Below are positions 1-9,727 of a stretch of 11,171 nt of DNA, one piece after another (the first letter of the stretch is position 1; every line of letters begins with the position of its first letter). The stretch covers positions 1-11,171 of the forward strand of contig NW_002061097.1 in assembly GCF_000150275.1 (NCBI RefSeq). The letters run 5' to 3'. Below the pieces are notes generated by a model, which was not told where the DNA came from, made no database searches, and saw only the letters and a list, made by a program, of their open reading frames with translations. The stretch is from Trichoplax adhaerens. Lineage: Eukaryota > Animalia > Placozoa. Made by a program: the position numbers and the translations under genes.

Positions 1-413
1 TATTTCGTACCTATAAGTAGTCCTTGCAAGTCCTGCATGAGGAAGGGCACTATTGATAACCATGAAGCTTGCTTGGCTAGAAATCCCAGTTGAACCTGCG
101 GCCATGCCGCGCTTTTACTCTTTAGTCTCATGTGGATGATGTAATAGCCGACGGATAAAGGTTGCTATAGTAACTGCGCCATTAAGTTAGGGTTTTATTA
201 ATTAACTTATGCTTTGCTAGGTCTTCTATATTATATTGCTGTACCGCGTACAGGTAGTCCTTTCTTTAGTATATAGTTTATATCGCTATATTATGATCTT
301 ATGGTGACGCCTAAATTAAACTACTTAATTCAATCTATTGACGAAAAATTGAATGTATACTCAAAGCTCTCGAGGCTGACCATTGACTGAACTACTGACC
401 TTTAAATTTCTAC

Positions 414-506
414 ATTATCCATGATGGACACTTGTTGATTACTTAAGTATGTGGGCTCTCTCTGCATAAGGTAGATGCACCGTAAGTGTCCACCAAAATG
501 GGTAAT
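414..506. repeat. Imperfect inverted repeat (possible small MITE remnant or hairpin)
   Basis: Perfect 9-nt core TGGACACTT (425-433) / AAGTGTCCA (484-492). Extends imperfectly: ATTATCCATGATGGACACTT versus reverse complement of the right arm ATTACCCATTTTGGTGGACACTT. No clear target-site duplication. Confidence 0.3.
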
Positions 507-1295
507 AGCCTTAAATATCCTTTAATTGTAACTCTGAATTATTAATATATACGTTAAAATACCTATACAGAACAGAAAAAAGATACTAAAGTTCATATAC
601 AATCATCTTAGCAGGATTCTATAAAATGCCTTTAGAAGGTGTATTTGCATAAACCTTGTTATGAGCTGCGGTTCTCGTTTGCAAAAATTAATTTAAGGAC
701 ATATTTCTACTATCGTATTTTTGTTGATAAGAAATATTCTTCATTCTGTTCTATTCAGTCTTGGTAACCCTAAAATCCTAATCAAAAACTAAATATCCGT
801 GCCAATCAATTATTGTAATACCGCTACTTTATGTAGCATATGAATATAATGCACTTTATTCCTATACGATTTTTTAGTGGGTTACTTCTCATTCTACCTT
901 CGACTCGAATCATGTCCCAAACCGTAAAGTGAGACAACTAAATATTGGTAAAGGGCTACAATTAGAGGTAAATTTATGTTATTTTTAAATAAAATTAGGT
1001 TTCTTTGCAATGACTTATACATAGTCATAAGACCTTATGAAATTAAAACAGCTCTAATTTGTATTAGTTTATTAAACACGAGTTTAAGATTAACCTACGA
1101 GTATCTTCCCTACCGAATTTCTATGTCTTGTTAGCTTAGTAAGCCGTCAATCATGCTTATAATGTTGTCATTTCGTTGTGGACAGGAATAAAATGTTAAA
1201 AACTTAATAATTTTCACATCAGCAGATTCTTACACAAAACGTGATTGTGATGGCGAAGCTGAAAAATTGAAATCAATCACATTGAGCATTGCTAA

Positions 1296-1752
1296 NNNNN
1301 NNNNNNNNNNNNNNNNNNNNNNNNNNNNNNNNNNNNNNNNNNNNNNNNNNNNNNNNNNNNNNNNNNNNNNNNNNNNNNNNNNNNNNNNNNNNNNNNNNNN
1401 NNNNNNNNNNNNNNNNNNNNNNNNNNNNNNNNNNNNNNNNNNNNNNNNNNNNNNNNNNNNNNNNNNNNNNNNNNNNNNNNNNNNNNNNNNNNNNNNNNNN
1501 NNNNNNNNNNNNNNNNNNNNNNNNNNNNNNNNNNNNNNNNNNNNNNNNNNNNNNNNNNNNNNNNNNNNNNNNNNNNNNNNNNNNNNNNNNNNNNNNNNNN
1601 NNNNNNNNNNNNNNNNNNNNNNNNNNNNNNNNNNNNNNNNNNNNNNNNNNNNNNNNNNNNNNNNNNNNNNNNNNNNNNNNNNNNNNNNNNNNNNNNNNNN
1701 NNNNNNNNNNNNNNNNNNNNNNNNNNNNNNNNNNNNNNNNNNNNNNNNNNNN
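1296..1752. other. Assembly gap (N run)
   Basis: 457 consecutive Ns; ORFs spanning it are artefacts. Confidence 0.99.
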
Positions 1753-2609
1753 AAATTGAAATTATCTTATCATGGACTAGCCGAACCCGCATACTCAGCT
1801 GTGTGCTATCAATGTGACTCAATAATTTAAGGAAGTACCACATGATTTAAATGTGGATACATTTGTATTAATTTAACCTAATTCATTTTACTTATTGTTG
1901 GATACTCGCAAGTAAAGTAGTGGAGTAGTAGCTTATATGTTCTAATTATAATCTGAAATATTCGTTGCTATTCTAATTAGCTAGCAGAGCTTTGTGAGAT
2001 AATATCACACATAATAATTACTTCTAGTTACTATTATAATTAAATGGGCAAATTAATTACTATAATTATGAATAGAAAACGATTTCATTGACACTTACCG
2101 TCATCTCTCACATCTATCCATCGCTCTAAAGGAATGAAATAAAGAAGAGGAATAATAAATTGGCAGTTCTATGGTAGTTGAATTGAAGCAAATAGTAAAA
2201 GTTATGCACAGTAAAATGAAAAGTACACCTAGAAACGGTTTACAAAGAATGCTCTCTTCCTCTTTCTCTATTTATGTGCTCTATAACCTCTATATATGCG
2301 TGTCCTATAAAGCTATGGAACTGATTAGCTACGATGTAAAATTAAGAACATTCTCGTACTTCTGATGGTTATGAATACTTTTGATGTTACAAAGCAATTG
2401 CGGAAAAAATTCAACGAGTTCTATATTGCCAAATAAACAGACTATAATAGATGAACTGGCTATACCGAAAGATTGCTATCTATTTATTATTAATAAGAAA
2501 TATATGTAAATTATAATTAGTAAATACTACCACTTCATCAACTATTGTAGATTGTACAATAATTATTGCAACTTGAGAACTAAATTAAGATGGAGATCAT
2601 TGCCACTCT

Positions 2610-3535
2610 NNNNNNNNNNNNNNNNNNNNNNNNNNNNNNNNNNNNNNNNNNNNNNNNNNNNNNNNNNNNNNNNNNNNNNNNNNNNNNNNNNNNNNNNNNN
2701 NNNNNNNNNNNNNNNNNNNNNNNNNNNNNNNNNNNNNNNNNNNNNNNNNNNNNNNNNNNNNNNNNNNNNNNNNNNNNNNNNNNNNNNNNNNNNNNNNNNN
2801 NNNNNNNNNNNNNNNNNNNNNNNNNNNNNNNNNNNNNNNNNNNNNNNNNNNNNNNNNNNNNNNNNNNNNNNNNNNNNNNNNNNNNNNNNNNNNNNNNNNN
2901 NNNNNNNNNNNNNNNNNNNNNNNNNNNNNNNNNNNNNNNNNNNNNNNNNNNNNNNNNNNNNNNNNNNNNNNNNNNNNNNNNNNNNNNNNNNNNNNNNNNN
3001 NNNNNNNNNNNNNNNNNNNNNNNNNNNNNNNNNNNNNNNNNNNNNNNNNNNNNNNNNNNNNNNNNNNNNNNNNNNNNNNNNNNNNNNNNNNNNNNNNNNN
3101 NNNNNNNNNNNNNNNNNNNNNNNNNNNNNNNNNNNNNNNNNNNNNNNNNNNNNNNNNNNNNNNNNNNNNNNNNNNNNNNNNNNNNNNNNNNNNNNNNNNN
3201 NNNNNNNNNNNNNNNNNNNNNNNNNNNNNNNNNNNNNNNNNNNNNNNNNNNNNNNNNNNNNNNNNNNNNNNNNNNNNNNNNNNNNNNNNNNNNNNNNNNN
3301 NNNNNNNNNNNNNNNNNNNNNNNNNNNNNNNNNNNNNNNNNNNNNNNNNNNNNNNNNNNNNNNNNNNNNNNNNNNNNNNNNNNNNNNNNNNNNNNNNNNN
3401 NNNNNNNNNNNNNNNNNNNNNNNNNNNNNNNNNNNNNNNNNNNNNNNNNNNNNNNNNNNNNNNNNNNNNNNNNNNNNNNNNNNNNNNNNNNNNNNNNNNN
3501 NNNNNNNNNNNNNNNNNNNNNNNNNNNNNNNNNNN
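2610..3535. other. Assembly gap (N run), probably hiding the rest of the COR domain of Roco copy B
   Basis: 926 consecutive Ns; the Roco B reading frame runs into the gap at 3536. Confidence 0.99.
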
Positions 3536-4985
3536 CACGTATTTTTTGGAAATTTTCCTGTTTTATAGGCTATATTATAATCTTGCTTTGCTTGTAGACT
3601 TCCTTGTCGATGATCTTTTAATTGAATAATGGCACGAAATATATTTAATAACCAGTCGACATTAGTTATAACCATCCCGTTATCGCCTATTTTATCACAG
3701 TAGATTACCTCTCCTAATTCCTGTAGATACATTAGCGCCGCTCTCAATTCATCATAACTGTCATATAATCCACATTCTTGTGATAAGGTTATTATTTGTT
3801 GCATAGTCATAATATTACGTACTTGAGTGTCTCGAATTTGGTTAATAATAGAAGACAAGCCTTGATTATGATGACTACGGATACATTTATTCAGTATTGT
3901 AGCCATAATATATCGTCGAAAAGGAAATGGTTCATGAATAAATTGTAATGAAAACGAAAATGTCTTAATAATATGATGTAAACGATTGCAACATTCTCGA
4001 CGCTGATCTACTGCTGATGGACTGCTATCATTAAGATTGCAATTGAAAATAATATTAGAAGAGTAGATGCTGCTCGTATAAAACGGCATAGAAGAGATCA
4101 ATTCATCGACATATTCATCATATCAAAGATTTCGTTCTACTTCTGTTGTACAATCACCGTAAGAAGCTACCAGAATAATGATAGGTAAGGAAAATTCTGC
4201 ATCCCTGTCATCAATATTAACGTAAATTTGGTTTCGACTGCTGTGGCAACATATTATTGATACCAGCAATTCTTGAATAGCTTGCGAATAGGTCATATTG
4301 AGTAATTGCCCTTCTCTTGTCTTAACTAGATCTTTGACACCTTGCTCAATACTAAATACAAGAAAATAAATACTATTGGAAGACCTAAATAGATATTGAC
4401 AAACATTGTAAATAGCTGGATCACTGAAATCCCATACTTTCACGTATTGATTATCTTCAAATTTGTCTTTATTTTCGTTTATTCTAGGCGCATAAGATTC
4501 TGCAAAACTAAATTTAGACTCAGTCTTATTAGAAGCATCTGCTATATTATCACTACTCATAGAAGACTGCTTATCGTCATCCTTTACAATGGTTAAAGAT
4601 AGATTATCTACCATTGTTAGCTGATCTTGTTGACTTTTATTTGATTTTTGCATGTCGTTATTTTGTTGACTTTCTAGCTCTGCTATAGAAAATTCCCTTA
4701 TAGCGGTCTTAATTTTATCATCTAACACCTCAGTAAAATTATATGTCTTTGAATTTTGAAGACAATAAAATTCATTGAATTCAGTTTTCAATATGCCATC
4801 AGAATGATTAACAACTTTATCTGGAGGTTTATTCTTGTTTGATTCTTGTTGAGTAAATACTTTCGCAATAGATCATTTGCCAATACTAGGTGGGCCAATA
4901 AACTTACCATGTATCAAATCATTAAAGCAGTAGCAATTATTCAAGGCTTTATCGTATAGATTATAATATTTCTTTTCTCCTAAAA
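3536..4985 (-). pseudogene. Roco copy B: Roc GTPase + N-terminal COR exon, disrupted; 3' end lost in gap
   Basis: One frame from the acceptor (TTTACAG, AG at 4987-4986): LGEKKYYNLYDKALNNCYCFNDLIHGKFIGPPSIGK*S (P-loop, TGA 4875-4873), HSDGI (G2-like), VWDFSDPAIY (G3-like, 4434-4417), SIYFLVFSI, PIIILVASYGD (G4-like). A second in-frame TGA lies at 4125-4123. COR motifs follow: ELRAALMYLQELGEVIYC and VITNVDWLLNIFRAII. Probable 1-nt deletion in the T4 run at 3553-3556 (restoring it gives GKISKKYV versus GKISEEYI in copy A). Confidence 0.88.
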
Positions 4986-5089
4986 CTGTAAATTGAAACG
5001 GAAGTTAGAAGAATGATACACAGATTAGACAGTATTTATTTATATTGGCTATGTAAATTAACATACTAAAAAATCAACTACAAGTTTAC
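4986..5089 (-). other. 104-nt phase-1 GT-AG spliceosomal intron joining the TPR exon to the Roc-COR exon
   Basis: Donor GAA G|GTAAAC (GT at 5089-5088), branch-like TTCTAAC and pyrimidine-rich TTCCGTTTCAATTTACAG acceptor. Splicing gives G+TT=Val and keeps both exons in frame (..AEDE-V-LGEKKY..). Confidence 0.8.
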
Positions 5090-5522
5090 CTTCATCTTCT
5101 GCGTGTCGAATAATATCACTATCAGGATTACTACCGTTACTATTCCTATTTGTTAACGTTGTAAGATTGTTAGCACCGGTGCCTGTAAACACTCCAAACC
5201 ATCTAACCAAATCGTCCAAATATCTTTCAGCTAGTGTTGTACTTTGATAATAATGTGCTTGTTGCTGCTGACGAGTTGTTGCGACATGATTTCTAGTCTT
5301 CTTAACGTAGGGATGATTCTCGCCTAAAGCCGGTAGGATAGCTTTAATTGTCTTGTGAAACATAGAAAGTGCCTCATCGTACTTGCCCTGTTCCTTATAG
5401 ATAACCCTTTGGCCGTTATATAATTCAGCAATAAAGCTATAATCGAAATCGACGGCTGACGGTCGAATTTGCATAGATTTATTATATAGAGCTAATATGG
5501 ACATAGTTGGTACTTTCATCAA
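5090..5522 (-). pseudogene. Roco copy B upstream exon: 42-aa kinesin-light-chain-type TPR repeats plus linker
   Basis: LALYNKSMQIR...IAELYNGQRVIYKEQGKYDEALSMFHKTIKAILPALGENHPYV; LALYNKS and LSMFHKT are exactly 42 aa apart. 5' boundary uncertain; a possible small frameshift near 5496 would give NYVH-x-LALYNKS, matching KYDxALSMYNKS. Confidence 0.8.
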
Positions 5523-5689
5523 CTACATGGAGGAGAATTACCAAGTCTATGCTATATGTGCATGCCTACAAATGATTTCTAGTCAAAATAATATACCAAT
5601 CTCAGCTCTAAAAATGCTGCACAGTGCAAAATAGAACAGAGAATTTGGACAGTCTCCACGCTGCACTACGTTATTTTAAGTAAACTTAC

Positions 5690-5790
5690 TTCTTAAAGCT
5701 TGCTAAACTGTTTCTACATGAAGTTGATACCAATGCAATAAGTTCAAAACCAATATTGAGCGGTTAACTGGAAATATCAGGGTAATTTTC
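5690..5790 (-). pseudogene. Additional decayed TPR repeat upstream of the Roco B TPR exon
   Basis: Frame starting at 5790 reads ENYPDISS*PLNIG...SLASFKK*, aligning to the 42-aa TPR pattern ENHPDIAxSYxNIG...ALxxYxKS. Both stops are TAA at Ser positions (one change from TCA). Confidence 0.45.
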
Positions 5791-5939
5791 TCAACTCTGG
5801 TTAAAACAGGTCATGACATTTTAAAGGTGCACTAACGAATAATGTGATAGAAATTCAAGCAAATGTCAAACTTACCAATTTAATTTTTTCATTACTGACT
5901 AATGATAGTTTGATGCTTTTTTTTTTTGCCAAAATGTAG

Positions 5940-7095
5940 GTATAATTCTATCAATTCCACTGTATGCTGCTTATTCTAACGATGAGCAAAGTCAGCAAAT
6001 AGAACCAAATAGAATTGAAGATGGCATACGAGTAAACTTCTACCCACTAAAAATCCTATTACATTAGGCAAAAAATGTTCCCTACAACGTAGCCAGTTCA
6101 AAGGTAATCGATTTTCAACCCTCAATATGCGCGTACAAATATAATGGTGGTGAAATGATATTCTGCCATGTGCATGTTGTTGGATATGTCCAAATTCATG
6201 ATTCTTCAAGGCGCCATTTCAGCCCAAGTGTTCTATGAGATACTATTGAAACTATGCAGCAATTGCTGTGCCAGGCTTGTACGGGTTCAGAGCAAATGTC
6301 ATTTCTTCGCTTGCCTTCAAGGTTTCGTTGTGGTTAAAGTTGGGCAATTGGTTATTTTGTTGACCGTAGTTTGTTATTTCAGGACACAGCAGGCACGACT
6401 GTTGACCAATGGCCCATAATCTACAGCATTAACTTTACTTTATCATCCAGTTCAAAAACTTTATATACTGTACTCTACTCGATACAAGTAGCAAGAACTA
6501 CTAAATTTGAAGAGAGAGGACATATCATAATGTCCAACAAAATGGTCAATATGATACTGTTGAAGGCGTAGTCAAAATTCGCCGTCGAAATTATCCTTTA
6601 TTAAAGCATTTTATTGAGTAACAACATCGCACTCGATAGTGTTAGGTAGGGCATACCAAGTAACCAAATATAATCATCACTTCTTTGGATTGTGTAGCCA
6701 TTTTTTGATGGTCATTGTAGACAACTTTATAGGCGAGCAGATTTCCAATTGTAAAGTATTTGCTGACACAGCTATAAACTAGCAGCTATCCAATCAAGTC
6801 ACTATCAGTCAGTCATGTTGGCCATTAACGAATTTACAAGAGAACTGATTCTATGTTGCATAAGAATGCATTTCACAACTTTCACCAAGGTACATTTTCT
6901 ACATGCAGTGAGGAATCCTTTCAACTGGTATATGGCCGTAGCCATTTTCAACGATTTACTATTAGATGGTCATTAGCATTGAATTCACTGCTGTTTATAT
7001 ACCAAAGACACAAAGTTTCCAATCTACTTTGAAAAACGAATGGATAAAATAGTCATAGAGTTATCGGTGATGATGGCATGATTTAGTACGGCGAT
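5940..7095 (+). pseudogene. Highly decayed class C GPCR (mGluR/CaSR-like) fragment: end of Venus flytrap, cysteine-rich domain, about TM1-TM6
   Basis: Poly-T tract plus AG acceptor at 5938-5939, then collinear motifs in changing frames compared by eye to CaSR/mGluR consensus: PLKILLH*AKNV (6044-6079), VVGY (6176-6187), APFQPKCS (6211-6234), CSNCC/CQAC (6255-6280), LLFQDTAG (6371-6394), YDT..VVK..RRNYPLL (~6550-6603), GIPS, FFGL (6681-6692), QSVML..ELILCCI (6806-6862), TCSEES (6901-6918; CaSR TCHEGS), ALNSLLFIYQRHKVSN (6976-7023), SVMMA*FS (7064-7087). Many stops and indels; no search was run. Confidence 0.55.
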
Positions 7096-7102
7096 TTAGT
7101 CA

Positions 7103-9157
7103 TCAGACTCCTTCCACATCGATGATGATTGCACCAACACTAGTGTAAGGCTTTAATTGGTACGAGGAAAGCCAGGTATATTTACAATTAAAGCAATCCA
7201 GAAATGATTTATCATCACTTAATCCATCTTCGATATTTACTAACTCTCCACAGCGCGGACACTTAACACTCACTTTTATTCGTATATGACTCATATTTGG
7301 CATCCATTTAGTAAGAACGATTCTTAAAGCTGACTCAATGACATCCTTAACATTGGGCTCAACAGCTGCTTTAGTTAGCCTTCTTCTTACTTCTTTAGAT
7401 TGTAAATTTGGGTGTCGAAAAACTAATTGTAAGGCTATGGCCGTTGATAACTTATCGATAATCAAGTTAATACCAGGGCCAATTTGAAATGAAGCGCAGT
7501 TTTGATATAGTTTAACTCTGCCATTATTCCATCCACGCTTTTGCAAACATCGAGAAATCAAGCAGTAAAAGATGTTATAAGAAATATAAGGTAATTCCTT
7601 CTCATCAAACCCTAAATAGATGTATTTCGATGTGGTGCTATTCGATGGATATAATGTATCACTCTTAGGTCGTGTCTTTAGAAGACAAGGAATAAGATAG
7701 GTACGATCTATTCCTTGTAATTCACTTGCTTCACATAGAATATCGTAGTGAGTCATAAGAGACAATACGTATTTTCTTTCTTCATCATCTAAATTAAATT
7801 TGCTCCAAACGTGTCGAATGTATTCTTCGCTTATTTTACCTGTATTCTGAATCTTCTCGTAGTCACCCGAAGAGTCATCAGCATGAGAAGACTTGAAAAA
7901 TGAAATTCGAATTAATGAACAAAACACCTCAATTGGCCAATCAATATCCGAAACGACCCAATTACTTAGAATCTCGTCTTTATCGCAATAAACAATTTGT
8001 CCGATATTATGCAAGTAAGATAATAAACCATCTAACTTCTCGCCTTGCTTAGATAGATGATGTTTGTCTACCAAGTCTTTAACTTGTGTTTTAGTCAGTA
8101 ACTTCTTTATTGTTTTATCTTCTCTTTCTCCACGAAGTATTTGAATGATTTCATACCATCGAACTGGAATAGGATTCGTTATAAATGGTAATTTTTCTGC
8201 AATTGTTGTAAAGATTTGACATAACTGTTTACGTGTCTCGTCTCTTAGACGTTGAGTTGCTTCGCTGTTATCGTTGGTGTGACAAGTATAGATGTTTGGA
8301 AAAGGCCATACGGCCAAATTCACGTGATATGTTGTTATAAACTGCTTGTATTTTTCTATTTTTTTCTTCTTCATTATTAGCTACAATCTTATCTGCATGA
8401 CTACCGATGACAATGACAATGGGCAATTCATAATTTTTACCATCGATCGTAATCTCATTTCTAGCATTACTCCCTAAACCATGGCTTAACTCCTTGCATC
8501 CATGTACAGATGATAACCATTCATGCATTCTTGCAAAGTAGGTCATATCTGATTTTAAGTTGTTCCTTAGCTGTATAACATCATTAATCTCTTCAGCAAT
8601 ATTAAATACAAGAAGATAAATGCTATCACACGACATAAATGGTTGATGTGTAACGTGATATTCTGCCTGATCTCCGAAGTCGCACAATACAGCATGTAGA
8701 TTGTCTATTTTTGACTGCTGTGATTTCTTACTTTCATTACTATCTGTATTTGCCTTTTTTATCATGGAAAGTTTCGGTCTAAGTTTGCTATACTTGCTGC
8801 GAAGTGATTTATCGAATACATTCGTTCTTTGCGATTTCATATCGGATAAGGTCTGTCTTGTAACTTGTAAAGATGGTGATTGAAGAACTGCTAACCCAAC
8901 TTTACTATCAGCGAGAGTGCCCAATCCAGTCTTCATCATATCACCAATATCGAATGTAATCAATTCTATTAGCGGATGATTACTACTAGCTACTTGTGTT
9001 GGTGCTTCATTAGCCGATAGTGACTGCTTAATTAGCACTTTGAGTAAAGTTGTTTTACCTACATTTTCTGGTCCGATAATCATAATTCTTATAAGATTGT
9101 TCTTACATTTTCCTTCTTGTAATGCGCAAATGAAATCGCGAAAATAATCCAGTCCAG
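7103..9157 (-). pseudogene. Roco copy A: single large Roc GTPase-COR exon with C-terminal Zn-ribbon-like motif; one frameshift near 8285
   Basis: Acceptor CATAG| (AG 9159-9158, phase 1), then GLDYFRDFICALQEGKCKNNLIRIMIIGPENVGKTT (P-loop 9074-9048), LCDFGDQAEYHVTHQPFMSCDSIYLLVFNI (G3), PIVIVIGSHAD (G4). After the frameshift come COR motifs PIPVRW, LLSYLHNIGQIVY, VVSDIDWPIEVF, LMTHYDILC, YLIPCLL, then CPRC-x18-CFNC. This joins ORFs 8268..9083 and 7103..8374. Confidence 0.9.
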
Positions 9158-9727
9158 CTATGTTACGGAACGAGAGTTAATAAGAAGGATGAAGTTAACA
9201 AATTTTGTTTTCAAGTTAAAAGCTTATATAGTATTTACTGATATTCATTTGAACTACATCTTTCATATTGTGCAATCTTTAACAAATTATTGTAATTATC
9301 ATACGGTAGCTGATAACTGCCGTTTAGTCAAAAAGTCTTGCTGTAGTTAATGCTGTGTCATATATTTATGAATTTATTACACTTTATTATGTTATATTAC
9401 AAGTAACCCTGCCATGATTACATTAATTAAACTAATTTTTCTATCGACCCACTTAAAATATTCTAAAATAATGCAACAAAAACAGTAAATAAAATCCATT
9501 ATGATTTATTCAATACTATAGATCTTGTTTTGCTACATGATAAAATACAAACAAGTTTTCACAGAATTATATATATCTTTACTATCCTCCATCTAAATTC
9601 TTTTATTGTACACGCTATACTATAGCTACTTAATAAAATTTAATGTAATGATACACAAAAAAATATACAGTACGTACAATAGTCTATTTAATAATGTCAT
9701 TGTATATTTAATATACCAATACAACGA

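Noticed and set aside
1-186. GC-richer stretch with a possible minus-strand exon ending at AG|GTACG near position 10
   Set aside because: Two frames are partly open but neither resembles a protein I recognise; too little context at the window edge.
1267-1843. ORFs 1267..1830, 1289..1759 and 1292..1843
   Set aside because: They exist only because Ns contain no stop codons; the flanking peptides are uninformative.
2171-2365. 64-aa ORF in the small central contig
   Set aside because: AT-rich, no motif and no splice support; expected by chance.
2552-3597. ORFs 2552..3568, 2590..3597, 2597..3538 and the tail SGNDLHLNLVLKLQ of ORF 2563..4101
   Set aside because: Gap artefacts; frame across an estimated-size gap is meaningless, so the tail cannot be assigned to Roco B.
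5058-5522. Kinesin light chain or nephrocystin-3 ortholog
   Set aside because: Only the generic 42-aa TPR unit is shared, and the exon splices in frame to a Roc domain.
5976-6571. Short ORFs 5976..6209 (-), 6168..6419 (+) and 6371..6571 (+) as independent genes
   Set aside because: No coherent domain; better explained as pieces or shadows of the decayed plus-strand GPCR.
8351-8374. Programmed -1 frameshift at the slippery-looking A AAA AAT linking the two Roco A ORFs
   Set aside because: The downstream ORF is in the +1 frame, not -1, and paralog alignment keeps the first frame homologous until about 8286.
7103-9157. Naming the Roco genes LRRK1/LRRK2, DAPK1 or MFHAS1
   Set aside because: No LRR, kinase, ankyrin or death domain is visible; orthology cannot be supported without a phylogeny.
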